From a virus (taxonomy: Duplodnaviria > Caudoviricetes), in IMG/VR virus record IMGVR_UViG_2909979649_000007, positions 23,525 to 87,524 of that record: DNA of 64,000 nt, one strand, 5' to 3'. Of the stretch, positions 46,190-55,947 are shown one piece after another; the stretch's first letter is position 1; every line of letters begins with the position of its first letter. Made by a program: the position numbers and the translations under genes. The notes below the pieces were generated by a model, which worked only from the letters and a program-made list of their open reading frames with translations, did no database searches and had not been told where the DNA came from.

Positions 46190-46250
46190 ATGACGCGAAA
46201 CCGGCGAGTCTCACACCCGTTACGCTCGGATGCGCTGGGAGTACCTTTGT
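46190..46250 (-). other. Probable cosN region of prophage 2
   Basis: AGGTACTCCC..CGGGTGTGAGACTCGC GC-rich island upstream of terS. Confidence 0.5.
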
Positions 46251-46488
46251 AACAATCATGCAATAAATAATAACAATCAGGCATGATAATAACTGCTATT
46301 AATATCAGGATTTATGGTGGTAAGGGAATAATTAAATATTGAAGAAATAAATATTACTAACAATACAGTGTGCATAGACTAACCTATAACTGATTATTTC
46401 AATAATGTTTTTGGGTTTCCTAATAACCTAGCCTATCAGCTGTGCTTTCATTAGATGGTAGTGAACAAAAAGGGACGAGGTAAACATA

Positions 46489-47304
46489 ATGGCATTTTCT
46501 GAAGCATATTTTTTTAAACCACGAAAAAAAGGAAAAGGTCTTTTTGGAGAGCCTATAGTAAAGTACTTTTTTTGGGTATTTGTTTTTATTGCAGCATTAT
46601 CTTTCGTACTTATTTTATATACTGAAGCAAAATTTTTAACATTTGACTTTTCTGCAGATGGGTTCTCAAGGTTTATCGAACTTTTTAAGTTTCCATTATT
46701 AACAATTGGAGCACTTTTGCCCATTTTAGGGCTACTGGCTGCACATTATAGATCTAGGCAAATGGAACAACAAAACATATTTACTAATCATATAAAATAC
46801 TATGAATTATTTCATGAATATGTCGAAAAGAGAGTAAACTCTAATGAGGAGCCACCCTATATAGAGTTTCCCTCAATTATATACAATAGCCTATATCCCT
46901 TATCAAAACAGGGCTGTTTAACACCTAACCAGACTTATATAAGTGAAATAGCAGTCAGTTTTAGAAAAGCAAAAATAAAGGAGCAAAAGACTAATAAAAA
47001 CAAGCTAAAGAATGTAATTGAAAGTATTAATGAGCTGCAGAACAAAAACAATATAAGGTTATTTAAAAAACCTATTAAACAAAACTTGGCTGGACTTGAA
47101 GTTAGCATAGAAAGATCATTATTGCTTTCTGAATATCTACCCAATATTTCAAAACTTGCTGATCTTTTTTTTATATTGTTTAGCTTTGATCCAAGTATAA
47201 AGATACCTAGTGAAATTACTGAAGTTTCTCAATACAATCTTGATCAGTTTACTGAGCTTAATGGTTTACTTCACGATGTTGTAACAAATGATCAATCACT
47301 CTGA
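46489..47304 (+). CDS. Opposite-strand membrane-anchored moron protein
   Basis: Two N-terminal TM segments then NHIKYYELF..IIYNSLYP; AT-rich. Confidence 0.7.
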   Translation: MAFSEAYFFKPRKKGKGLFGEPIVKYFFWVFVFIAALSFVLILYTEAKFLTFDFSADGFSRFIELFKFPLLTIGALLPILGLLAAHYRSRQMEQQNIFTNHIKYYELFHEYVEKRVNSNEEPPYIEFPSIIYNSLYPLSKQGCLTPNQTYISEIAVSFRKAKIKEQKTNKNKLKNVIESINELQNKNNIRLFKKPIKQNLAGLEVSIERSLLLSEYLPNISKLADLFFILFSFDPSIKIPSEITEVSQYNLDQFTELNGLLHDVVTNDQSL

Positions 47305-47318
47305 CTATTAGTTAACAG

Positions 47319-47537
47319 TTATTTCTCATTAGGCTCAGACAAACCATTCATCTTCTGATAAAACAAAACCGTCTCTCTTTTATCCTGCCGATGCTTATAT
47401 ATCCAGTTAACAACAACGGTAATCGTGGTCAGAATGATACCGATAATGACACCCCAGTCTTTGAGTGTTAGACCTGCAATCACAGTGGCTGCACTAGCGA
47501 CATAAGGGGCGTTTGATATGATTTTGTCAGTTACCAT
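47319..47537 (-). CDS. Holin, HP1-like family
   Basis: Close homolog of 1817-2038. Confidence 0.7.
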   Translation of the reverse strand: MVTDKIISNAPYVASAATVIAGLTLKDWGVIIGIILTTITVVVNWIYKHRQDKRETVLFYQKMNGLSEPNEK

Positions 47538-47557
47538 GGGGCTAACCGTGTTGTCAG

Positions 47558-47950
47558 TTATTTACCAAATTTATTCGTTAAATACTGAACTAACACACTA
47601 CGCAGTATTCGTCTAAATCCAAAGGTATCAATAAAAACAAGGGCCAAGGCATATAAGTACCATTCAGGCACGCTCTCTTTTAAAGCATCAAAGCCATCCT
47701 GAATATAAATACTCATGCCAGGCACAAAGCAAATGACTAATGGCAGGACAGTAATAATCAGCAAAAAGTCGTCTTTCCAGCCTCGCGACTGAATACTAAT
47801 TGAGTCCAGCTCTGAGGCACTGATATTACCTTGCTGAATTTCGTCTAATTGCTTTTGGTGGATGGCTTGCTTGAGTTCAGCTTTGTGTTGTTTGTTGGTT
47901 AAATAGGATTGAAATAAACTACTAACGGCTGTGACGATAGTGGCTATCAT
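47558..47950 (-). CDS. 3-TM (GTA-type) holin family protein
   Basis: Near-identical to 2059-2451. Confidence 0.7.
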   Translation of the reverse strand: MIATIVTAVSSLFQSYLTNKQHKAELKQAIHQKQLDEIQQGNISASELDSISIQSRGWKDDFLLIITVLPLVICFVPGMSIYIQDGFDALKESVPEWYLYALALVFIDTFGFRRILRSVLVQYLTNKFGK

Positions 47951-48092
47951 TTGGCTTTCGTTTTCTGTTTAAGTAGTTTTGATAATGTTTACTATGTTGA
48001 TAACAAGAGTAAATTAAAACACTTAGGGAAGGTAAAGTAGTTCCAATAAAAACGGCTGCAAGAATAATGAAAAAGTTAACTGTTGTTTCCAT
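47922..48092 (-). CDS. Small single-TM lysis-region protein (not in the ORF track)
   Basis: METTVNFFIILAAVFIG..KPNDSHYRHSR; homolog of 2423-2593. Confidence 0.6.
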   Translation of the reverse strand: METTVNFFIILAAVFIGTTLPSLSVLIYSCYQHSKHYQNYLNRKRKPNDSHYRHSR

Positions 48093-48498
48093 ATTGACTG
48101 TACTCTCTTATATCTCTAACGACACTCCACCAACTTTCAACATGAAAATTAGGGCAAGTCTTTTGAGGCTCTAAATCACAATGCCCAACCACCTCAGCTT
48201 CAGGGTATTTAATGTGCCAATCGATAACCACTTTTTTTAAGCTATCAAGTTGAGCATCAGTAAACTGATCTCGACCTACTAAACAAACACCTAAGCTATG
48301 GCTATTATGGCCTTTAGCATGAGCACCGACCCAAAATTCAGGCCGACCATTTTCAATAGTGCCATCACGCTTAATTACTTTATGGTAGCCAATACCCGAC
48401 CAGCCTTGTTCAATATGCCAGCGATGAATGTCTTCGGCTGAAATATCTTTGTTGTTAGGGGAATCTGAGCAGTGGACGACGAGTTTGGTGATTTTCAT
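48076..48498 (-). CDS. Endolysin, N-acetylmuramoyl-L-alanine amidase
   Basis: MKITKLVVHCSD..GWSGIGYH..GAHAKGHN..VVGHCDL..KTCPNF. Confidence 0.93.
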   Translation of the reverse strand: MKITKLVVHCSDSPNNKDISAEDIHRWHIEQGWSGIGYHKVIKRDGTIENGRPEFWVGAHAKGHNSHSLGVCLVGRDQFTDAQLDSLKKVVIDWHIKYPEAEVVGHCDLEPQKTCPNFHVESWWSVVRDIREYSQYGNNS

Positions 48499-48600
48499 TT
48501 GAAGCTGGATTTGATGTATAAATTGAATTAGAGCCGTTATGGGAATTCCCATATCGGTCGATGGATAACTCTTTTTATGATGTGTATGGTGAGTTTAGTG

Positions 48601-48900
48601 TTAAACAACTATGGTTTTTCCGATACCTGCTTGTTTATATAAAGGCTTTGTAATTTCGTTATACCCATACTCACCAATAAGAGCGTCTTCATTGTTGTAA
48701 ACCTCAACATAGTGAACAGGCTCTTCACCTGGTTTATCTTGTGATTCAAGATGAAAAATAAACTTTCCGCTTTCTGTTTTATATAAATCTACACCCGCAG
48801 TCATTCCATTGTTCGTATATTCTGTAGTGGCTATTACTGCCCCTCGAAACTCATAATCTTGTCCTCTCGTTGGGCTTAGCTTGTAATGCTTCATATTCAT
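48601..48900 (-). CDS. Hypothetical protein, first late gene
   Basis: SD GGAG; occupies the slot held by DUF2158 in prophage 1. Confidence 0.7.
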   Translation of the reverse strand: MNMKHYKLSPTRGQDYEFRGAVIATTEYTNNGMTAGVDLYKTESGKFIFHLESQDKPGEEPVHYVEVYNNEDALIGEYGYNEITKPLYKQAGIGKTIVV

Positions 48901-48918
48901 TTACTTTTCTCCAGGCAT

Positions 48919-48948
48919 AAAAAAAGCCCCGTCATCTGACAGGGCTTT
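48919..48948 (-). terminator. tR'-like late-leader terminator
   Basis: AAAGCCCTGTCA-GATGACGGGGC + T7. Confidence 0.75.
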
Positions 48949-48991
48949 CTTGAATTGAGTGCTGTTGACATAAAAATAACAGCTTACCTGA

Positions 48992-49020
48992 AGGGTACTT
49001 TCTGGGTAATCAATTGTCAA
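48992..49020 (-). promoter_or_regulatory. pR'-like late promoter
   Basis: TTGACA-N17-TACCCT. Confidence 0.7.
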
Positions 49021-49049
49021 CACCTAAATTTAAAAAATTCAAAAAAAGT

Positions 49050-49598
49050 TTATGCCGCTTCTTGCTCAAGTGCATTACGCTCTTTTTCGCACAAGACGGA
49101 CACAGGACCTAATGCTTTACTACAGTAATCATCTAAAAAGTTTTGCATCGTGGAATAAACATCACCCCAGTCACGCGTAAAGTTTTGTTTTTTTAAATCA
49201 AGTTGCTCAGCCTTTTTAGTGGTTGGCATAAACTTACCTTTCCATTGTTGTTCTTTCCGGTCATCAATCGCAACATTACATAAAGAGATTAACCGGGCAC
49301 ACTTTATACGGCTGTTAACGATTTTATCACCATGCTTTTGTATAACCACTTTATAAAGCCTGTCAGCAATCCTTGATTTTAACTTTTCAGCTTGTGGGTG
49401 ATCAGGGGCATAACAAAACATTCCCCACTCTTTAATCGGTTGAGGAAGCTTTGCCACGATGTCTTGTACTTTACCTGCTTCCACATTCTTTGTGATACGA
49501 CCTAAGTTTGTATTAAATCCTGAAGGCGTTTTACCTACTCGACTTTCGATATCAAGAAAAGCATCATGCCAGGCGACTTTTGCACTATACCATTTCAT
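49050..49598 (-). CDS. Late regulator/antiterminator (Q position; different family from prophage 1 Q)
   Basis: SAKVAWHDA motif; directly upstream of pR'/tR'. Confidence 0.65.
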   Translation of the reverse strand: MKWYSAKVAWHDAFLDIESRVGKTPSGFNTNLGRITKNVEAGKVQDIVAKLPQPIKEWGMFCYAPDHPQAEKLKSRIADRLYKVVIQKHGDKIVNSRIKCARLISLCNVAIDDRKEQQWKGKFMPTTKKAEQLDLKKQNFTRDWGDVYSTMQNFLDDYCSKALGPVSVLCEKERNALEQEAA

Positions 49599-49645
49599 TG
49601 ATGGTTACCTCTTTTCTCTTTTTGTTGCTTCGGGTAATTAAGTAC

Positions 49646-50026
49646 TTACGCTATTTTTTTATTTTCGGGTAGCGTTAAGTAATCTTGAATCTGTTGCTTA
49701 GCCGCATCGATTCCACGACACAAGACGGCCAGATAGTCTTGACTGGCTAACCGGTTTAGCCATTCTTTTTGATTGGCTGACACTTGTGTTTTAGCTGGGG
49801 GACTGGCTTTAAACTCAATCACCAGTCCATGGTAACCACCGCGGGGCATCATGATAAAAATGTCAGGAACGCCAGCTTTAACCCCTTGCTGTTTTAATTT
49901 GTTCGCCACGGCCACATGCCGATGACCACCATTAGGCACATGAAAGGCATGACGATAAACATCAGGGTAGTTGCCATGTAACCAACGAAATAAATCAGCT
50001 TGTTCTTTTCCTTCAAGGTCGCGCAT
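49646..50026 (-). CDS. VRR-NUC domain nuclease
   Basis: FHVPNGG.R..LK..GV.AGVPD..L.IEFK..S..QKEW. Confidence 0.9.
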   Translation of the reverse strand: MRDLEGKEQADLFRWLHGNYPDVYRHAFHVPNGGHRHVAVANKLKQQGVKAGVPDIFIMMPRGGYHGLVIEFKASPPAKTQVSANQKEWLNRLASQDYLAVLCRGIDAAKQQIQDYLTLPENKKIA

Positions 50027-50032
50027 TGTTAT

Positions 50033-50251
50033 TTACTCTCCACACATACCACACTTGCCACTCTTCAGCCCCTCAGCCGTTTTTCTCACTGCTAGGGCTA
50101 GTTCTCTACTGCCATGTTCTAAACTGTCTTCTAGCTGCTCTGCGAGCCTCTCAAAGCGTTTTGCCATGGCAATCAAGTTGGTCGTTCGTTCTTTGCTTTT
50201 CATTGTTGTTATTCTCCATTCGTTATTTCGGGTTTTACGTACTTTTGACAA
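50033..50251 (-). CDS. Hypothetical protein
   Basis: Co-oriented in the operon. Confidence 0.5.
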   Translation of the reverse strand: MSKVRKTRNNEWRITTMKSKERTTNLIAMAKRFERLAEQLEDSLEHGSRELALAVRKTAEGLKSGKCGMCGE

Positions 50252-50504
50252 CCTTGTCTTTAATCTGCTTTTACTTTGTCAAAACTAAGAATCTATAAAC
50301 TATTGATATATAATATAAAAAATAATAATAAATATAATAATGACAATTTTGACAATAATGACAAGGGGGTACTTAAACCCTATTTATTAGTTTGTTTTTT
50401 AAGGCCCTGCTGCGTAATTGTCATAATTGTCAAAACTCCATTTTCCCTTTATTTTTCAGCCACTTGTTTTGACACGTTAATTGGCATAATTGTCTTTATT
50501 GTCA

Positions 50505-52766
50505 TTATTCAGCTTGCATGGCAACAAATGCATGACGAGGGCGACCAGCAATACCGTCTACACGGCCATACTTAATTAACTCAGCCGCAATGAGTGTATC
50601 TCTGATTTCCATCCTGACTTTTTTAGACCACTTAGAGAAGACACCGCGATTAAATTCGCGTTCAGTAATGCCTTTATTACCTGCGCATCGAAAAGCTTCT
50701 AATATTTCGTTGTAGTTCTTTTGATATTCACTATCCGCCATACGATGTTGGGCAGCAAATCGAGTGACATTAATACTATACGACACAAAGTCCATCGCCC
50801 ACTTTACATCATCTAATTGGATATATCTAGATTTAGGGTTATTACTGAGTGCCCTGATGGAAGCCAGTTTACTTACATGTTCAAAAGCACGCGAAAAAAG
50901 TGCACGATCAACTTCATTACCTTGTTTTAATGCTGAGTGAATGATATCACGATTATAGTGGTCCACTAATTCTTTCGCGGGCTTATCAAATAATAGCCGA
51001 ATGGGTTTGTCTGGTGATAGACCCACTAAATTACCCTCATCACCGGATAAGTTACTGACCTCTTTCCACCACTCTTTTAATTCTTCTGGTGCTTTAATGT
51101 CGATTTGCTGGAATTCATTATCAGCTGGATATTCATCACTGGTTTGGGTGATTAACATCCGACTAACAAATCCAGACAACACATTTTTTGATTCTAAGGC
51201 GCGCCAGAATTCTTCAGTGGCAGACGAACCATATAAAAACACATGAGGATACTCGATATCCTGGCGTGGCTTATTTTTTTGATCAGCATACTCAGTACCA
51301 ATAAAGATAGAAGCTGCACTGGTATATAACTGCATTAAGTTAGTAATGATCTGTGCTTCGTGGTTGGAAGCATTCGTATGCATGACCGACTGAAGGAGCA
51401 ACCCCATTTCATCAATAGGAAATAATACGTTAGGATTGTTTTTAACACGCGCTAACAACCCTTGACCACTTGCCACCCGTTCACCACCTAAGTAATCGGT
51501 TAACTGTAAATCATGCAGAATTTTTTTAAGGGCTTTACGGGGATGATCTTTACCTGAACCCGTTGGCCCCAGACACACAATATACTCATTCAGTCGTAAG
51601 CCTGTGGGTGTGCAAAATTTTCGATTCGTCAGTAAACCCACCAACATAATGGAAGCACATAACGAAAAGACCGGTTGTACTTTGGTCGCTGTGCGATTAA
51701 TTAAATCAGATACCAAGCCCAACATTCCCCCCACAGTTAATAAATGACTGGGAAATTGGGGCTGATGGTGTTCTTGCTTAAAAATCTTCTCATCAGGAAT
51801 GGTTAATTGCTCCTGCTGCTTTTTAAGTAAGTTATCCACCAAATTACTTTTGACCGGTTGTTGATTACCAGGCCAGCCACTTTCTTTAGCTCTATAAAAA
51901 AGTGTTTCTAACTGAATTTCATTAGGTCGATTACCAAAGCTTTTCCATTTAGCGGGCATCTCCTTTATAGCCTTAGCGTCATAATTACTGGCTTGACTAG
52001 ACCACTGCTGCCATAGGCTGAAACCCGTTTCATCGTTATTTAAGTTATAGAGTGCCATACCCACTTTAACCCAATCTTCATAAGGCGTGGGGTCAATGTA
52101 TTGCAAGGCATCGCATACATCCCGAAGCGTTGCCAGTGGTAAAGTCGATGCTCTATTTTTAGGAATGGTTGGCGCTTCTGGCTCGGGTACTTTAGGAATA
52201 AGACCAGAGGCTTCTATTAATTTTTCAACACTAAAAAAAGTCCCTTCATAAAATTCCGTAAAGACCTGATCTTTACGCTCAGGATGGCAAGCCGGTAACC
52301 AAAACGCACGACTCATGTCTTTACAGCTGGTATCAATATTATTCGAATCGCCACCTAATGCATTAAAAGCCCCTGTCCAAACGGCTTCCCATTCAAACGG
52401 TTTAACTGGTCGATCTAATGGAATAACCAAACGCCACTTCGGCCAGTCGTCTTGATGGCTATAAGTGGAATAACAGGCCCAGGCATAGCCCTCTAATTCA
52501 AAAGCTACATCATCAGGTAATGCCGGTGTCGTGGATTTTTCTTTGCCGACTTTATTGTCATAATCAAAAACAATAAATTGCGCGCTAATCGCATTCGCTA
52601 AACAACGGTGATTATCTTTAAAAATAGTCGGACAAAATAGCGGACCTTCTTTTAATGGTCTGACTTGGTGATTAGATAAATAGTGCTTATAAAAGTCTGG
52701 CCAGGAGTTTTCCGAGCACAGGCAGCCCTTAGCCTCATGCGAAGCGGGCAATAAGGTAAATTGCAT
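50505..52766 (-). CDS. Primase-helicase (PriCT-2 + DUF3987-type P-loop)
   Basis: FDYD..YSTYSH..WRLVIPL; YEDWVKVGMAL..W..WS; GPTGSGKD, DEMG. Confidence 0.85.
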   Translation of the reverse strand: MQFTLLPASHEAKGCLCSENSWPDFYKHYLSNHQVRPLKEGPLFCPTIFKDNHRCLANAISAQFIVFDYDNKVGKEKSTTPALPDDVAFELEGYAWACYSTYSHQDDWPKWRLVIPLDRPVKPFEWEAVWTGAFNALGGDSNNIDTSCKDMSRAFWLPACHPERKDQVFTEFYEGTFFSVEKLIEASGLIPKVPEPEAPTIPKNRASTLPLATLRDVCDALQYIDPTPYEDWVKVGMALYNLNNDETGFSLWQQWSSQASNYDAKAIKEMPAKWKSFGNRPNEIQLETLFYRAKESGWPGNQQPVKSNLVDNLLKKQQEQLTIPDEKIFKQEHHQPQFPSHLLTVGGMLGLVSDLINRTATKVQPVFSLCASIMLVGLLTNRKFCTPTGLRLNEYIVCLGPTGSGKDHPRKALKKILHDLQLTDYLGGERVASGQGLLARVKNNPNVLFPIDEMGLLLQSVMHTNASNHEAQIITNLMQLYTSAASIFIGTEYADQKNKPRQDIEYPHVFLYGSSATEEFWRALESKNVLSGFVSRMLITQTSDEYPADNEFQQIDIKAPEELKEWWKEVSNLSGDEGNLVGLSPDKPIRLLFDKPAKELVDHYNRDIIHSALKQGNEVDRALFSRAFEHVSKLASIRALSNNPKSRYIQLDDVKWAMDFVSYSINVTRFAAQHRMADSEYQKNYNEILEAFRCAGNKGITEREFNRGVFSKWSKKVRMEIRDTLIAAELIKYGRVDGIAGRPRHAFVAMQAE

Positions 52767-52981
52767 TACCTCACCTCCTTATGAGTCAGTTGACTGTGGT
52801 TACTTAGGAAACACCGGTAGTACTCCAGTTGGGTACTAGTTAGCAAAACAGTCATCTCTAGCAGTAGTGACATCAAAGACCTACTCAGATATAGTTATTG
52901 TTCAACCAAGGGATGTGCAGAGCCTTATAGCCGTGAGGCTACTCCTTATACCTCTCCCATCTCCTTTGTTGTTTCGGGTTT

Positions 52982-53014
52982 AGCCGGACTTCCCTTGGGA
53001 GGTTCCGGCTTTTT
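52982..53014 (+). terminator. Hairpin at the 5' end of the early leader
   Basis: AGCCGGAC..GTTCCGGCT + T-run. Confidence 0.55.
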
Positions 53015-53026
53015 GTTGTATTGGTA

Positions 53027-53055
53027 TTTGTAATAAAAGTATACCCAAAAGTCAA
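53027..53055 (-). promoter_or_regulatory. Early lytic promoter, divergent from the repressor
   Basis: TTGACT-N17-TACAAA; same position as 9934-9962. Confidence 0.55.
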
Positions 53056-53118
53056 GAAAGTATTTTATTTATTTGTATGTATACTATTTACATGTAACGT
53101 CTGATGTTTACTTAATGC

Positions 53119-53775
53119 ATGAGTAACAAAAAAAGCGAGCTTAAAGATAGAATTCGAACCTTGAGACAGTCGCATAAGATGTCCCAGGAAGAGTTAAGTC
53201 GAAAGTTAGGTATTACTAAGGCTGCTATATCTGCATGGGAAACAGGAAGAAATGTTCCTACAAGCCTCGTTATTAAAGAGTTAAGCGAGCTTTTTGGCTG
53301 TCCTGTTGAGTGGATTGAATCAGATACTACAGAAATCAATGACGAACTACTTGTGCTAGATATTGAGAAGCAAAGCGAGTTCAAAGACAGACTAAAAGCT
53401 GTAAGAAAATTCCGTTTATTTACTCAAGAAGAGCTGGCAAACAAGCTAGGAGTATCAACTGCAGCTGTTGCTTCGTGGGAGATTGGAAGAAGTAAACCAA
53501 AAGAGGCAAGCTTACGACAAATTTGTAAAACTCTTGATTGCCCTTATGATTGGCTGTCGTCAGATTCAAGTGATCTAGACCCATCTTGGAAAGAAAGAGT
53601 AGATAATGAGCCACCAGACAAAGTTGACGATGCTAATCAGTTTCGCAGTAGAATATTAGATGATGCAACAGAAGCATCCGTCACCATCACTCGATTAGCA
53701 TTAGAAGAAAAGCTTACCCAGTCTGACCTTAAGATGATTCTTGCTTTACTTAAAACCATTGAAGATCGTCCGTAA
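53119..53775 (+). CDS. Prophage repressor with two tandem XRE HTH domains
   Basis: Homolog of 10021-10722. Confidence 0.85.
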   Translation: MSNKKSELKDRIRTLRQSHKMSQEELSRKLGITKAAISAWETGRNVPTSLVIKELSELFGCPVEWIESDTTEINDELLVLDIEKQSEFKDRLKAVRKFRLFTQEELANKLGVSTAAVASWEIGRSKPKEASLRQICKTLDCPYDWLSSDSSDLDPSWKERVDNEPPDKVDDANQFRSRILDDATEASVTITRLALEEKLTQSDLKMILALLKTIEDRP

Positions 53776-53923
53776 CCCTCCCACTCCTTTCTCATCTCCC
53801 TTCTTAACTTTAAACAAAAGCTATTAAAAATCAATTTCTGATCAATATTATCAATTAGAAAAGTATTGGTTTTTGGGTGTAGATTTACATAAAAGTACAC
53901 TATTTATCGGTTTGAGTATAACT

Positions 53924-54313
53924 ATGGACGGTAACGTAATAGCAGAAGGACACTGGCAAGCGCACCTGAACAATCCGCATCTTGCCCCACGGGAAACGTT
54001 GTACTGCTTCGGTCTCCTAGCGGGTAAGTCAGATAAACAGATAGCCCGCGATTGCGAAGTCTCACCGGGCACAGTGACGCAACGAATTAAAACCGTACAT
54101 TACAAGCTACGGACCCATAATCGGGCACATTTAGTGGCTGAGTTAATTCGGCTAAAAGTGGTCACCCCACTGATGATGGTATTAGCTGCATTAACACTAC
54201 CTGATTTACCACTATTAACTGCCCAAGACGATGAACCGAATCAACCCCGCCAGGTTCGCATTACCCAACGACCTGTGCGGCGAGCTGATGACTTAACGAC
54301 ATTATTAGTATAA
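53924..54313 (+). CDS. Phage LuxR-type HTH regulator
   Basis: Homolog of 10882-11322; start MDGNV at 53924. Confidence 0.8.
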   Translation: MDGNVIAEGHWQAHLNNPHLAPRETLYCFGLLAGKSDKQIARDCEVSPGTVTQRIKTVHYKLRTHNRAHLVAELIRLKVVTPLMMVLAALTLPDLPLLTAQDDEPNQPRQVRITQRPVRRADDLTTLLV

Positions 54314-54324
54314 GGAGCCACACA

Positions 54325-55239
54325 ATGGCCAGTATAAAGGAAGCAACTATTTATCGATTAAAAGTCCACTCTGATATGGTGGTCGAAAAAATAATGGGTG
54401 GATTACAACAATATGCATTTCAGCCATGCGGTAAAACCCAAGAGTTAAGCCATGGGTTTACACCAGTCGTGGACGATAGCTTTGTTTTAATGGGTGATCA
54501 CTTGGTTTTATTTCGTTATAAAATCGAAGAAAAAATATTACCTAAAGCGGTGATTGAACACCATGCCCAAAGACGTATTGTCGAAGCCGAAGAAAAAAAC
54601 GGTAAACCCTTATCAAGACAAGAAAAAGATCAAATAAAAGATGCTGTCCGTTTTGAATTACTCCCACAAGCATTTAGCCTTTATAAAACCATTGATGCCT
54701 ATATTGATACCCAAAACGGTTGGTTAGTGGTGGGTAGCTGTAATACTACAGCGCTGGATTATGTCTTAGGTGCTGTTAGACAAGTAGTCAGTGGTTTTTC
54801 CAGTGAACTAATGGTGACAAAACAAGAACCCAGTTTGATCATGACCGCCTGGATATACCAGGAAGCCTTAGACTTTTCTGAATTTGAGCTAGGCGACTGC
54901 TTTAAAATCTCCAATGGTGAAGGTTCTATTACCTGTCGGAAAGAAGATTTACGCGATCAGGAAATTGTTGATTTATGTGGTACTCGCCAGGTTAAGCAAT
55001 TAACCCTTGAAAGTGTGCATTACACGTTTGATGTTACCGAAAACATGCAAGTCAAAAGACTTAAAATTGATGACGCTTACACCGATTCTTTTATAAATAA
55101 TGAGGAAGAAGACAAGCTTCATTATCTTCGGGTTAATGCGTTTGTCACTCAACAAACCATCAGTGAAATTATTAACACCTTAATTAAAGCGTTTGGTGGG
55201 TTGGTTGAGGAAAGATTGCCAGAAGAGCAAGCGGCATGA
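54325..55239 (+). CDS. rdgC: Recombination-associated protein RdgC
   Basis: FQPCGKTQELSHGF..EEKILP..ELLPQAF..G.I.C..EDL..V.QL.L. Confidence 0.9.
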   Translation: MASIKEATIYRLKVHSDMVVEKIMGGLQQYAFQPCGKTQELSHGFTPVVDDSFVLMGDHLVLFRYKIEEKILPKAVIEHHAQRRIVEAEEKNGKPLSRQEKDQIKDAVRFELLPQAFSLYKTIDAYIDTQNGWLVVGSCNTTALDYVLGAVRQVVSGFSSELMVTKQEPSLIMTAWIYQEALDFSEFELGDCFKISNGEGSITCRKEDLRDQEIVDLCGTRQVKQLTLESVHYTFDVTENMQVKRLKIDDAYTDSFINNEEEDKLHYLRVNAFVTQQTISEIINTLIKAFGGLVEERLPEEQAA

Positions 55240-55445
55240 AACCCATGGCCACCCGATTACCCAAAACTGAACTAAAAGCCAACCAAGCATTAAGAAGGAG
55301 AAAAACCGAAGCTGAAATAATGTGGGAGAAAATCACCAGGGAGTACCACGAATTATTAAAAATTAACAACAGCCTAAGAATACGATTACGCTATCAGCTC
55401 GATAAAACGAAACATAAATTACTAAGAGAACCTGCCGGGTTCTAA
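55236..55445 (+). CDS. Hypothetical phage protein
   Basis: Homolog of 11795-12001. Confidence 0.75.
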   Translation: MKPMATRLPKTELKANQALRRRKTEAEIMWEKITREYHELLKINNSLRIRLRYQLDKTKHKLLREPAGF

Positions 55446-55528
55446 ACCGAATAAAAAGCTGAATTTAAAAACGCTCAAATTAGAGCCACGGCTTCTTATT
55501 GCCCGAAGAAAGTGAAGGAGAAAACAAA

Positions 55529-55945
55529 ATGTTAGCAATCCAACAACCACAACCAACCAGCATGATAGATGAGTTAGCTACTTGCTGGGAGTTAGCCAAA
55601 CAACAAGAAACCGAAGCGATAAAAAGCCGTCGTGCTATTGAAGATAAACTGATTGAATTAATTGGCCGTAAGCCAGAAGGTACTTGTAGTAAAGCAACGG
55701 AAATATTCAAGTTAAAAACTAACTCTAAGATTAGTCGCAAAGTAGATGTCAATAAATTAGCTGATGTCGCGCAGTCCATAAATCCAACCTTATTTAATAA
55801 CTTGTTTCGGGTGAAGTATGAGGTCAATACCACAGCCTTTAAGGAGTTAATGAAAACCGACAGTAAAACCTACAATGTAGCAGCCCATGCGGTGATTTCC
55901 ACCCCAGCCAGAACCAGCGTTAGCGTTGAGCGTGTGGAGCAATAA
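55529..55945 (+). CDS. Hypothetical recombination-module protein
   Basis: SD AAGGAG; W..AK..E..A..RR.IED. Confidence 0.65.
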   Translation: MLAIQQPQPTSMIDELATCWELAKQQETEAIKSRRAIEDKLIELIGRKPEGTCSKATEIFKLKTNSKISRKVDVNKLADVAQSINPTLFNNLFRVKYEVNTTAFKELMKTDSKTYNVAAHAVISTPARTSVSVERVEQ

Positions 55946-55947
55946 CC

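Noticed and set aside
46489-47304. Retron
   Set aside because: No reverse transcriptase or msr-msd nearby.
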